Assembly: GCA_963820435.1 (NCBI GenBank)
Contig: CAWGAC010000018.1
Coordinates: 257,544-321,543, forward strand
From: an uncultured Spirochaetota bacterium
GTDB lineage: Bacteria; Spirochaetota; Spirochaetia; SZUA-6; Fen-1364
Direction: 5' to 3'
DNA: 64,000 nucleotides
Under the pieces are notes generated by a model. The model was not told where the DNA came from, searched no databases, and worked only from the letters and a program-made list of their open reading frames with translations. Below are positions 9,637-17,784 of this stretch, piece after piece; position 1 is the first letter of the stretch; every line of letters begins with the position of its first letter. The position numbers and the translations under genes were made by a program.

Positions 9637-10958
9637 GATCGAAAGGTGTCTCGGCGCCCCCGGTCCTCACGGATACATCGCTCCTCTCCCGTAACCCGGG
9701 CATGCGGGCGCACGCGAACTACCTCTTCGTCCTTCTCTTTCTTCTGTACATGTTCGACTACATCGACAGGACGATCGTCACCTCCCTTTTCCCGTTCCTC
9801 AAGACGGACCTCGGGTTGAACGACACGCAGAGCGGATCCCTCGTTTCAGCCGTCTACTGGGCCATCGTCGTCTTCACTTTTCCCATTTCCATCCTCATAG
9901 ACAGGTGGAGCAGGAAGCGGAGCATCGGCCTCATGGTCATGCTGTGGGGCATCGCCACCGGCGTGGCCGCATTCATCAGGACATTTCCCCAGCTCTTCAT
10001 CGCCCGCGCGGCGGTGGGCGTCGGCGAAGCCGGATACGCGCCGGGAGGCAATGCGCTCATATCGGCCATTTACCCTCAGGGGAAGCGCTCGCGCATGCTG
10101 GGACTCTGGAACGCCTCCATCCCGCTGGGCATCGCGCTGGGAACCGCCCTGGGCGGCATCATCGCGACGCGATGGGGATGGAAGCACGCATTCGGGCTCG
10201 TGGCGATACCCGGGCTCCTCATCGGCGTGCTTTTCTTCTTCACCGCCCGGGACTACAAGACGGTGGCGCTGGTCAAGTCCATCAACGGGGGCGAGGGCAA
10301 AAAGAAGATGCACGGGAAGGAAATCCTCTGCGAGTTTCTCCGCACGCCTTCCCTTCTTCTGACCTACATCGGGTTCGCGGGCAACACGTTCGTGAGCACG
10401 GCGCTCATCACGTGGCTTCCCTCCTTCTTCAACCGCACCCAGGGAATCCCGATGAACCAGGCGGGTCTGAAGACATCCCTTGTGCTGGGCCTGGCAATCG
10501 TCGGAGCGCCGGTGGGCGGCGTCCTCGCGGACGCGTGGATGAAACGCAGGGTCAACGCGCGGCTTCTTTTCGGGGGAATCACCTCCCTGGCGTCGGCGGC
10601 TCTGCTGTTTGTCTCCTTCGCGCTTCTTCACGGCGGCCCGCAGTACGCTTGCCTGCTTCTGGCAGGTCTCCTTGCAGTTGCCTATGTGTCAGCAGCCGCC
10701 GCCGTGACCCAGGACGTTGTGCATCCCGGGTTGTGGGCAATCTCGTACAGCATCTGCGTGATCGTGCAGAACCTGCTGGGAAGCTCGCTGGGGCCGATCT
10801 ATGTCGGAGCCCTCTCCGACCGGTTCGGCCTTGCCACTGCCATGCTCACGGTGCCCGCTTTCTCGGCGCTCGGAGGAATCCTGTTCCTGGTCGGGGCGGT
10901 ATTCTATGGACGGGACCTTGCCAAGGTGGAGAAGGTGCCCGTGGAAGTGGAACAATAG
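9633..10958 (+). CDS. MFS transporter
   Basis: The ATG overlaps the RND stop (ATGA). 441 aa, with MFS motif DRWSRKRSIGLMVMLWG and about 12 TM segments. Confidence 0.85.
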   Translation: MRSKGVSAPPVLTDTSLLSRNPGMRAHANYLFVLLFLLYMFDYIDRTIVTSLFPFLKTDLGLNDTQSGSLVSAVYWAIVVFTFPISILIDRWSRKRSIGLMVMLWGIATGVAAFIRTFPQLFIARAAVGVGEAGYAPGGNALISAIYPQGKRSRMLGLWNASIPLGIALGTALGGIIATRWGWKHAFGLVAIPGLLIGVLFFFTARDYKTVALVKSINGGEGKKKMHGKEILCEFLRTPSLLLTYIGFAGNTFVSTALITWLPSFFNRTQGIPMNQAGLKTSLVLGLAIVGAPVGGVLADAWMKRRVNARLLFGGITSLASAALLFVSFALLHGGPQYACLLLAGLLAVAYVSAAAAVTQDVVHPGLWAISYSICVIVQNLLGSSLGPIYVGALSDRFGLATAMLTVPAFSALGGILFLVGAVFYGRDLAKVEKVPVEVEQ

Positions 10959-10993
10959 GAGAACGCTATTCTTCGCGCGCGGGTCCCCGCAGC
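10890..10993. repeat. direct repeat copy A (MFS 3' end plus a remnant of the arfB 3' end)
   Basis: 59 nt (10890-10948) are identical to 15932-15990, followed by about 45 nt at roughly 60-70% identity. The antisense strand encodes GLRGPAREE-stop, mirroring the arfB C-terminus. Confidence 0.9.
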
Positions 10994-11078
10994 CCTCCCG
11001 AAAGGACGTAAACAGTTTTCGGGGAATACCGGCAGAGAACGCGGTCAGAACGTACTCTTTCAAGAATGGCTGGCACGA

Positions 11079-11270
11079 TTACTTCTTTTGTCTGGCGCCC
11101 ACGACATATCCCGCAATTCCTGAAAAAACAGTGGCAAGGCACATTGGGAAAAGCGTCCATGCAACGTTCAGTGCGGGCACGATGAGCTCCACCAAAGCGG
11201 TGAAGATCACGCCGATCAGAAGTCCTATGAAACCCGAGAGAATCGTCCGAAACAAAGAGTAACTTTTCAT
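11079..11270 (-). CDS. small two-TM membrane protein (63 aa), hypothetical
   Basis: MKSYSLFRTILSGFIGLLIGVIFTALVELIVPALNVAWTLFPMCLATVFSGIAGYVVGARQKK. SD gggaggag lies 6 nt upstream of this ATG. Confidence 0.55.
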   Translation of the reverse strand: MKSYSLFRTILSGFIGLLIGVIFTALVELIVPALNVAWTLFPMCLATVFSGIAGYVVGARQKK

Positions 11271-11466
11271 TCTCATCTCCTCCCTTGCCTGTGTACGAGA
11301 CAAAGTCGTCCAGGCTCGTTTGCAGAGTACAGTGTACGCCATTCGTGTCAACTGCGGCAGCGGGCAGACTGTTCCGGCTGCAATTATCACCTTGTGTGCT
11401 CTACCGCACAGAAATGCGCCTGGTTTTATGCCTATTTTTCAAGAGCATAGCCATGCGGTCCAGCTC

Positions 11467-11584
11467 AGCGATTCTCATTTTGCACGATTCGGAATCTGCA
11501 GAAGCCAGTTTCACGATTCGGAGCGGCCTCGCTTCAATCGGGCAAAATGAGAAGCGCTTCGCCCGCCTCAAAATGAGAATTGCT
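11467..11584 (+). promoter_or_regulatory. candidate structured 5' leader (long-range stem with an alternative pairing partner)
   Basis: agcgattctcattttg (11467-11482) pairs with caaaatgagaattgct (11569-11584) at 15/16 positions. A second caaaatgaga at 11543-11552 could compete for the same arm. cacgattcgga occurs twice inside. The element sits directly upstream of the SD of the micro-ORF. Confidence 0.3.
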
Positions 11585-11622
11585 GGGTTCAGCCGCCTTA
11601 CCGTGCAAGATAGGAGTCTGAC

Positions 11623-11685
11623 ATGATCATTCTAGCGCTTCTCGGTGTCGTCCTGATTGCCCTCGTTGTCGTCGTTATAGTGTAA
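11623..11685 (+). CDS. 20-aa hydrophobic micro-ORF (MIILALLGVVLIALVVVVIV)
   Basis: SD taggag lies 6 nt upstream. The ORF is a single TM-length hydrophobic stretch, too short for the ORF track. Confidence 0.3.
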   Translation: MIILALLGVVLIALVVVVIV

Positions 11686-11939
11686 GAAAATACGGCACGA
11701 TCCGGCTAAGGCTCTGTCAAACAATAACCGAACGAATTAGCCTTCCCGGCGCGGGGGGTGGTTTGTGTAGTTCCGGTCTCCATGGAAGCGGTGCGTCGCG
11801 GCCCTTATGCGGCGGTTTGGTATGTGGGCTTCCGTACAGACCGCGTCGCGCGTTATGCGCATTCTTGATCCTGAGTGAGGGTTGAGAACGAAGCACGGCG
11901 CTCCGGGCTATCGTCGACAGCCATCACCTGGAGGACACC

Positions 11940-12116
11940 ATGAACGATGATCAAATCAAAGGCCGTATTGAAGAAGTGAAAGGCAAAGTGAAGAAAGTCG
12001 CCGGGAAGGCGGTCGGCAACAAGGACCTGGAAAAAGAAGGAAAGCTTCAGAATGCCCACGGTAAACTCCAGGCGGAGTTTGGTGATGTAAGGGAAGATAT
12101 CAGAAAGTCAACTTAG
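11940..12116 (+). CDS. CsbD-family general stress protein (58 aa)
   Basis: MNDDQIKGRIEEVKGKVKKVAGKAVGNKDLEKEGKLQNAHGKLQAEFGDVREDIRKST is a textbook CsbD repeat pattern. SD ggagg is upstream. The ORF falls below the track's size cutoff. Confidence 0.85.
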   Translation: MNDDQIKGRIEEVKGKVKKVAGKAVGNKDLEKEGKLQNAHGKLQAEFGDVREDIRKST

Positions 12117-12164
12117 GGTGAACGATCCCTTCAACATTCACCCGAGTCCTCACGGAGCAACACA

Positions 12165-14306
12165 ATGACAACTACCACGAAGTGTCGTCTCTTCCTGGCA
12201 ATCTTTGCCGGGTCGGTTCTCTGCGGCATCACTGCATGGGCGGACCCGCCTTCGCAGGTCGGCAGGCTGAGCCTCATCAGCGGCTCGGTGTCCTTTCTCC
12301 CGGGAAGCCTCAATGAATGGACACCGGCAACGCTGAATTATCCTTTGACGGCGGGCGATCATCTCTGGACGGACACCGGCGCGCGCGCCGAAGTGCACGT
12401 GCTGTCAGCGGCAATTCGGCTGAACTCAAATACCGAGTTTTCCTTTCTGAACCTGGACGACCAGACGGTCCAGATCCGCCTGTCGGAAGGATCATTGAAC
12501 GTCAACCTGCGCGGCGTCGACAGCGGGACGACTTTTGAAATCGACACGCCGAACTCCACCGTATCCCTTGGCTCGGCGGGGCGCTGCCGCATCGATGTCC
12601 AGCCGGAAGGAGAGACAACCGTCAGCGTGCGCGCGGGCAGCGCCGAAGTGACGGCAGGCGGAGACGCCTATGACGTGTCCGCGGGGCAATTCACGGTCAT
12701 ATCCGGCGTTGATTCGATCACGTATTACGTCACGGCGGCCGCACAGACGGACGAGTGGGATGCCTGGTGCACGAGCAGAGATCGCCGGGAAGATCAGCTC
12801 GCATCGAATCTTCATGTTTCCCGCGAAATGATCGGCGCCGAAGACCTCAATGAAAACGGAACCTGGCTCGTTGAGGCGGGCTATGGTCCTGCATGGGCTC
12901 CTTCACACGTTCCTGCCGGCTGGGCACCATACCGCTTCGGGCATTGGACATGGGTCGAGCCATGGGGATGGACGTGGATCGATGACACGGCCTGGGGATT
13001 TGCCCCGTTCCATTACGGACGCTGGGCATTTCTCAATGCGCGCTGGGTGTGGAGCCCGGGTGCTGCCGCACCGCATCCCGTCTACGCACCTGCTCTGGTT
13101 GTGTTCATTGGAGGACCGGGCTGGACGCCGGCGGGGGGAGATGGCATCGGCTGGTTCCCGCTAGGACCGCGCGAGGCATACTACCCGTCTTACCTGGTGA
13201 GCGCTTCATATGTGCAGAGAATCAACGTTGGCCATGTGGCGAACATCAACGCGCGGACGATTGAGACGTTCAACCCCAACCAGGTCGTCTACGTCAATCG
13301 CAACGCTCCTCAGGGGGTGACGTTCGTGCCGCGTAATGTATTCGTCCAATCGCGCCCCGCGGGTGGGGCTATTATTCCGATATCCGCGGCCGATATCACT
13401 CGCGCACCTCTCATGGGGATGACCGCCAAGGTCGTGCCTCAGCGCGAGAGCATCATCGCAAAGCCGATTGCCTCACGGGCACCTGTTCCTCAGCCGCAAC
13501 CTGGACTGACGTCGGGGCGCGTCTACTCGCGCGTTGCACCACCACCTGCACGGGTCCCTTTCGCACAACAGCAGCAGATGCTCATGGCAAATCCAGGCCG
13601 GCCGGTGGATCCCGCCGTGCTTTCCGGAATTCAGCGGAGGCAGCGGCCCGTTTCTACTGTGACGATTGTGAATCCCGCAACGCTCACCACGCTGAAGAAG
13701 CCCCCCGTGCTCCGGACTCCCCCGACGCCCGCACCCGGCGGCCGGCAGAAGACTGTCACCCCTGCCCCAAGCAGCCAACAGCCAGCGGTCAGGCAAACGC
13801 AGGGCGGCCAGCAGAAGACTGTCACCCCTGCCCCAAGCAGCCAGCAGCCAGCGGTCAGGCAAACGCAGGGCGGCCAGCAGAAGACTGTCACCCCTGCCCC
13901 GAGCAGCCAGCAGCGAACCACCAATCCCGCTTCGGTCGTCAAGGAAAAGCCGACCGTTACGGCTCCCCCTCCGGGAAAGCAGCCTGCAGTTTCGACCGCC
14001 GGCGGCCAGAGAGGTTCCAGCGCTGCCACGCTCATTACGACGCTCAAGACGCGGACACTCCCGGATGCCGATCGGCGCCTGTCCGAGGCAAGGAAAGTTG
14101 CCGGCATCCGCATAGACCTGAATGCTGTTGCCGGGCAGATTGCGGCGGCAAAGGAGTCTCTTGCGAGCGCTGAAAAGGATTTGGGCGGCGGAAACTCTGA
14201 TCAGGCGGTGCAGAAGGCCACCGCAATACAGAAACAGATCGACGATCAAATGAACCAGCTCTCGGCGGCGATGCAGGCCGCGAAGCAGGGCCCGCAGAAG
14301 CAGTAA
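12165..14306 (+). CDS. exported FecR-like / DUF6600-like protein with W-rich core and Pro/Gln/Thr-rich repeat tail
   Basis: Signal peptide ..GITAWADPP, then a FecR-like beta region (GARAEVHVLSAAIRLNSNTEF..) and a W-rich block (YRFGHWTWVEPWGWTWIDDTAWGFAPFHYGRW). The C-terminal part is low complexity with a coiled coil. Confidence 0.65.
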   Translation: MTTTTKCRLFLAIFAGSVLCGITAWADPPSQVGRLSLISGSVSFLPGSLNEWTPATLNYPLTAGDHLWTDTGARAEVHVLSAAIRLNSNTEFSFLNLDDQTVQIRLSEGSLNVNLRGVDSGTTFEIDTPNSTVSLGSAGRCRIDVQPEGETTVSVRAGSAEVTAGGDAYDVSAGQFTVISGVDSITYYVTAAAQTDEWDAWCTSRDRREDQLASNLHVSREMIGAEDLNENGTWLVEAGYGPAWAPSHVPAGWAPYRFGHWTWVEPWGWTWIDDTAWGFAPFHYGRWAFLNARWVWSPGAAAPHPVYAPALVVFIGGPGWTPAGGDGIGWFPLGPREAYYPSYLVSASYVQRINVGHVANINARTIETFNPNQVVYVNRNAPQGVTFVPRNVFVQSRPAGGAIIPISAADITRAPLMGMTAKVVPQRESIIAKPIASRAPVPQPQPGLTSGRVYSRVAPPPARVPFAQQQQMLMANPGRPVDPAVLSGIQRRQRPVSTVTIVNPATLTTLKKPPVLRTPPTPAPGGRQKTVTPAPSSQQPAVRQTQGGQQKTVTPAPSSQQPAVRQTQGGQQKTVTPAPSSQQRTTNPASVVKEKPTVTAPPPGKQPAVSTAGGQRGSSAATLITTLKTRTLPDADRRLSEARKVAGIRIDLNAVAGQIAAAKESLASAEKDLGGGNSDQAVQKATAIQKQIDDQMNQLSAAMQAAKQGPQKQ
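13738..13915 (+). repeat. 2.7 x 66-bp in-frame tandem repeat (GG[RQ]QKTVTPAPSSQQPAVRQTQ)
   Basis: cagaagactgtcacccctgcccc recurs at 13746, 13812 and 13878, giving a 66-nt period. Confidence 0.9.
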
Positions 14307-14637
14307 GAACAGCCGGCAGATGAACGCGTCCTTGAAGGACGGCCCATTCGGCTTCGATTCACCCGTGGAAACAGCATACGGGTTCTCGCCATCATCACAG
14401 ACCCTCCCAGGTCGACAGAATCCTCCGCCATCTCACGGTCGTGCTCCTCCGGGGCTCATACTCGCTCCACTGCCCTGAGATCCACCTGGCAATTCCGGCC
14501 CTCGCCACTATTTCCCGCACTTGTTTTTTCAAGAATCACAACTGCCGATAATCAAAGAGGCAAGGCTGTGCAATGATAGGGGGCCATTTTCGGGACGAAA
14601 ATCGTGGCCCTGCTGAACAGCTAAAGGAGATGAACCT

Positions 14638-14910
14638 ATGATCAACCCTATGTCAACAAACGCCACGCCAGGGATCACCCCGAAGGCGGAAGCGGATCTT
14701 GCGAAAGTGAGAACAGAGGTCAAGGCGGCAAAAATGCCCAGCAGGTCCGAAGAGATACCAGCAAAACTGGAGACTCCGATAAAGGACAGCGTTCAACTTT
14801 CCCCCTCTGCTCAAGCCAGGGCCTTGCGGCAGGCAGGGCAAAGCATTCCGCAGATCGCGATAAAGCTCGGATTGGCGATCCCTACCGTTGCCGCCTTCTT
14901 CGAGGAATAG
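14638..14910 (+). CDS. hypothetical 90-aa protein with C-terminal helix-turn-helix-like segment
   Basis: SD aaggag lies 8 nt upstream. The sequence is ..KDSVQLSPSAQARALRQAGQSIPQIAIKLGLAIPTVAAFFEE. The DSVQLS motif is reminiscent of FlgM-type proteins but the rest does not fit. Confidence 0.45.
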   Translation: MINPMSTNATPGITPKAEADLAKVRTEVKAAKMPSRSEEIPAKLETPIKDSVQLSPSAQARALRQAGQSIPQIAIKLGLAIPTVAAFFEE

Positions 14911-15364
14911 CGGAACTGCAAAGGAGCGCGTATCGTAAGGATCCGCCAGCGGGTGGTGGCGGCGCCATCCTCCCCAAGAGGAAATCACGAACAGATTTTC
15001 CTGATCTCAATGTATCCGCGCTCAACGTTCCCGGCGATCAGTTGACGGGGATTCGCAGAAGTCAAGCACAATGTGTTCTTCCGTACGGAACGCCTCGAGC
15101 ACGAGCATTACATTCCTTGCAGAGGCTCAGCATGAGAATGCTGAGGTCATTGCCGCCTTCGCCTTCGTTCAGTTGCTTTCCGGATGCGCAGGATGAGCGG
15201 TGCGGGGGAGCGAGAGACGCCCAGGATCGCATATCTTGAAGCCAAGAGCATCTGATCTGCGCACAAAGGTTTGAGGATTTGCGAAGGGCAGTACTTCGCC
15301 GGTAGAAAACGCTCCTCCTCCCGCGTAACGGCCTCGCGCTGGAATACGCGCCGAGGCGCCCGGC

Positions 15365-15922
15365 TCAGGCGTACCACGCGTGGACGCCGCTGGCCGCCTG
15401 CTCCCTTTCCAGCTGCCCTTGCGCCGCCATCTCCAGCTGGTAGGCTTCTGCCGCCACTTTCATGTCAGCGGCCGAAGGCTCTCCGACGGCGTACGCCGCC
15501 TGGAGGGCAAGCCTGGCCTTCCTGATTGTCGCTTCGGGGTCGCCGGGAACAGGTGTGAGGTCCACCGCGACCCCGCCGCCCACGGCATAGGCGGAGCCGT
15601 CGGGTCCGATGACGGTATCATAGACGATGACTCCCTTGCCAAGGGCAGCCACATGAGCGTGCTCGTGGGCGCGCACCTGGGCATCTGCTGCCTGGAGCCG
15701 AATCTGCGTGAGCCTTCGGGCAAGATCCGCGCGCACGTTCGCTGCCGGCAGAATCGCCGGCATGCGGCGCGGCGCGCGCATGACCGCGGCAATTGATTCC
15801 ATGTCCCCGCCGCCCAAGGTGCTCCCCCCACCATTGTCGCGCATGTCCCGCCGCTTGAAAAGCCCGCGCCTGCAGGGGCTGGGGATCGAAGATCGGCTGC
15901 GTGATGGGGAACCGTCGAACAC
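15365..15922 (-). CDS. SprA-related / putative metalloprotease CJM1_0395-family protein
   Basis: The core is ..AQVRAHEHAHVAALGKGVIVYDTVIGPDGSAYAVGGGVAVDLTPVPGDPEATIRKARLALQAAYAVGEPSAADMKVAAEA.., which matches the H-E-x-x-H...GPDG...ID...DPE pattern of that family. The start codon is uncertain. Confidence 0.65.
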   Translation of the reverse strand: MFDGSPSRSRSSIPSPCRRGLFKRRDMRDNGGGSTLGGGDMESIAAVMRAPRRMPAILPAANVRADLARRLTQIRLQAADAQVRAHEHAHVAALGKGVIVYDTVIGPDGSAYAVGGGVAVDLTPVPGDPEATIRKARLALQAAYAVGEPSAADMKVAAEAYQLEMAAQGQLEREQAASGVHAWYA

Positions 15923-15931
15923 GGCCGTCGC

Positions 15932-16035
15932 GTCGGGGCGGTATTCTATGGACGGGACCTTGCCAAGGTGGAGAAGGTGCCCGTGGAAGTTGAGAAGTAG
16001 AAGGACGCTATTCTTCCCCGGGCAGGGCCCCGCAG
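15932..16035. repeat. direct repeat copy B (remnant MFS 3' end plus the real arfB 3' end)
   Basis: It keeps the MFS reading frame and stop (..FYGRDLAKVEKVPVEVEK-stop, against ..VEVEQ-stop in copy A). The offset between copies is 5042 nt. Confidence 0.9.
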
Positions 16036-16425
16036 CCGCTTGTGCGCGGACCGGAGCTTCTTGACCCGAAGCCGCGCCTCGCGGGCGGCCCGGGAGGGAC
16101 GGGTCCTCACCCTGCTCTTCGGCTTCACCATTGCCTGGGCAATGAGCTCCGCCATGCGGGCCACGGCAATCTCGCGGTTCCGTGCCTGCTCACGGGTGTC
16201 CTGGACCGCAACCATGATATCCCCTTCCGAGGTGACGCGGTTGGCAAGACGCATCTCGACGCGGCGGCGATCGCTTTCGGGAAGGAATGCAAGGTCGGCC
16301 AGGGCGAGCCGTGCAACGGCCTTGCTCGCCACCTTGTTCACGTTCTGTCCGCCCGGGCCGCCGGAGCGCGCGAAGGAGAACCTGATGAGCTGCCCGACTG
16401 AATCCACAAGCTCTGATTTCTTCAT
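15946..16425 (-). CDS. arfB: alternative ribosome-rescue factor ArfB (GGQ peptidyl-tRNA hydrolase); probable true stop at 16008 after an extra base in the cccc run at 16017-16020
   Basis: MKKSELVDS..SFARSGGPGGQNVNKV..basic tail ..RLRVKKLRSAHKRLRGPAR. As assembled, a 22-aa hydrophobic extension follows. Removing one G gives ..RGPAREE-stop and about 138 aa, the canonical length. The start overlaps the kinase stop (ATGA). Confidence 0.85.
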   Translation of the reverse strand: MKKSELVDSVGQLIRFSFARSGGPGGQNVNKVASKAVARLALADLAFLPESDRRRVEMRLANRVTSEGDIMVAVQDTREQARNREIAVARMAELIAQAMVKPKSRVRTRPSRAAREARLRVKKLRSAHKRLRGPARGRIASFYFSTSTGTFSTLARSRP

Positions 16426-17784
16426 GGGGCCGGCGCCGACACGGGCATGCGAATAGTGAAGGTCGTGCCCCTGCCCACCTCGGAGGACACCCCGATGCTC
16501 CATCCGTGGCCTTCGATGATCGACTTGACCGTTGTCAGGCCCAGCCCGAATCCCGTCTCGCGGCGGGAATTCGTGCCCCTGTAGAAGGGATCGAAGATGT
16601 GCGTGAGATCATCAGGCGGGATGCCGATGCCGGTGTCCGCGATGGAAAGCGCAATTTCCGCGTCCTCCCTCCGCGCATCGAGGGTGATTTTCCCCTGCTG
16701 CACCGGTGTAGCGGATCGCGTTTCCGACCAGGTTTTCCAGCGCCCGGGTGAAAAGGCCGGCGTCCATCCGCACCGTGAGGGTCGTCCGGAAGATCGATCG
16801 ACCAGGCGAATTCGCGCTTGAGGATGAGCGCGTCCTCCGCGAACCTCCGCGCGATTTCCGTGAGGAACTGCCGGACAGCCACTTCCCGATGGGTCATGCG
16901 CCATTCGCCGGTCTCCATCCGGACGAACTCGATCAGATCGCCGATCATGCCCTCCAGGGTCCGCGACTTGTCGAGGATGATGGAGAGGTATCTCTTCTGC
17001 GTGTCGGGCTCAGCCGCGTAGCCGTCCGCGATGGCCTCCACGTAGCCCTGGATGAGAGTCAGCGGGGTCGCAGGTCGTGCGACACGCCCATGATGAAGCG
17101 CGCGCGCCGGGCGTACTCCTCCTTGAGAGCGCGGCGCATGCTGTCGAAGGAGCGGGTGAGGGAGGCGATCTGGTCGTTGCCGCGCGCCGGGCAGCTCGAA
17201 ATCGAGATCCCCATCCGCGATCCGCCGCGTGGCCCCTTCGAGGGTCAGGATGGACGGTTCAGCGAGCGCAGGATGAGAAAGCTCATCAGGGAAGAGAAGA
17301 CCAGGAGCGCGATCGTGGGGTAGGTGACCAGCTCGAATGCCAGGGTCCTGAAGCGCGCCTCTTCGGGCCGGATCTTCGGGAGCTTGAGGATCAGCAGTGA
17401 ATCGTCATTGCCGGGCGCGTGCGACGTCTCGAGCTGGAAATGGAACTGGTCGATGTGGGCCCGGATGTACTGCATGAGCAGCGCGCTCGTTGCGGGCGTG
17501 CCCGGCGGGAGCTCCGGGATGGTGGAGGAGGAGATCACGTCATCCCTGTCGAGGATCACGATGTCGAGGCCCGGCGGCCTCCCCTCTCCCAGCGCGGCAA
17601 GCTCGTGACGCCTGATGGCACGCGGCACCTTTCTGCCGATCCAGGACATGATCTGCGGATAGTTGGGCAGCGGCTCGCGCCCCCGGGCAACGTAGAACTG
17701 CTCGAACAGCATGAACGCGCTCACCAGGAAGGGCACGGCGATGATGCCGCCGACAAGGACGAGGAACTGCGTGCGCAGCTTCAT
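16422..17784 (-). CDS. sensor histidine kinase (TM sensor-HAMP-HisKA-HATPase_c), frame broken about 5 times
   Basis: The domains appear in successive frames:
- sensor MKLRTQFLVLVGGIIAVPFL..
- HAMP ILTLEGATRRIADGDLDFELPGARGNDQIASLTRSFDSM
- H-box FIMGVSHDLR
- N-box LENLVGNAIRYT
- G1 ADTGIGIP
- G2 GFGLGL

The shifts are near 17243, 17172, 17075, 16775 and 16705. Confidence 0.85.

Larger units (their letters stand above)
10994..15931. other. ~5 kb lower-GC islet of stress-type and exported-protein genes, bracketed by the 104-bp repeats
   Basis: It lies between repeat copies A and B. Intergenic regions are AT-richer and codon third positions are visibly less GC-biased than in the flanks. No mobility gene is present. 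Confidence 0.55.

Noticed and set aside
14638-14910. FlgM anti-sigma-28 factor
   Set aside because: Only the short D-S-V-x-L-S motif resembles FlgM. The C-terminal sigma-binding helices expected in FlgM are replaced by an HTH-like segment, and no flagellar genes are nearby.
14911-15364. Remnant of a mobility or toxin gene in the unassigned 450 bp of the islet
   Set aside because: I translated all six frames. Only short fragments appear (for example MLVLEAFRTEEHIVLDFCESP and RYAILGVSRSPAPLILRIRK), with no motif I can assign, so I leave it as non-coding or unknown.
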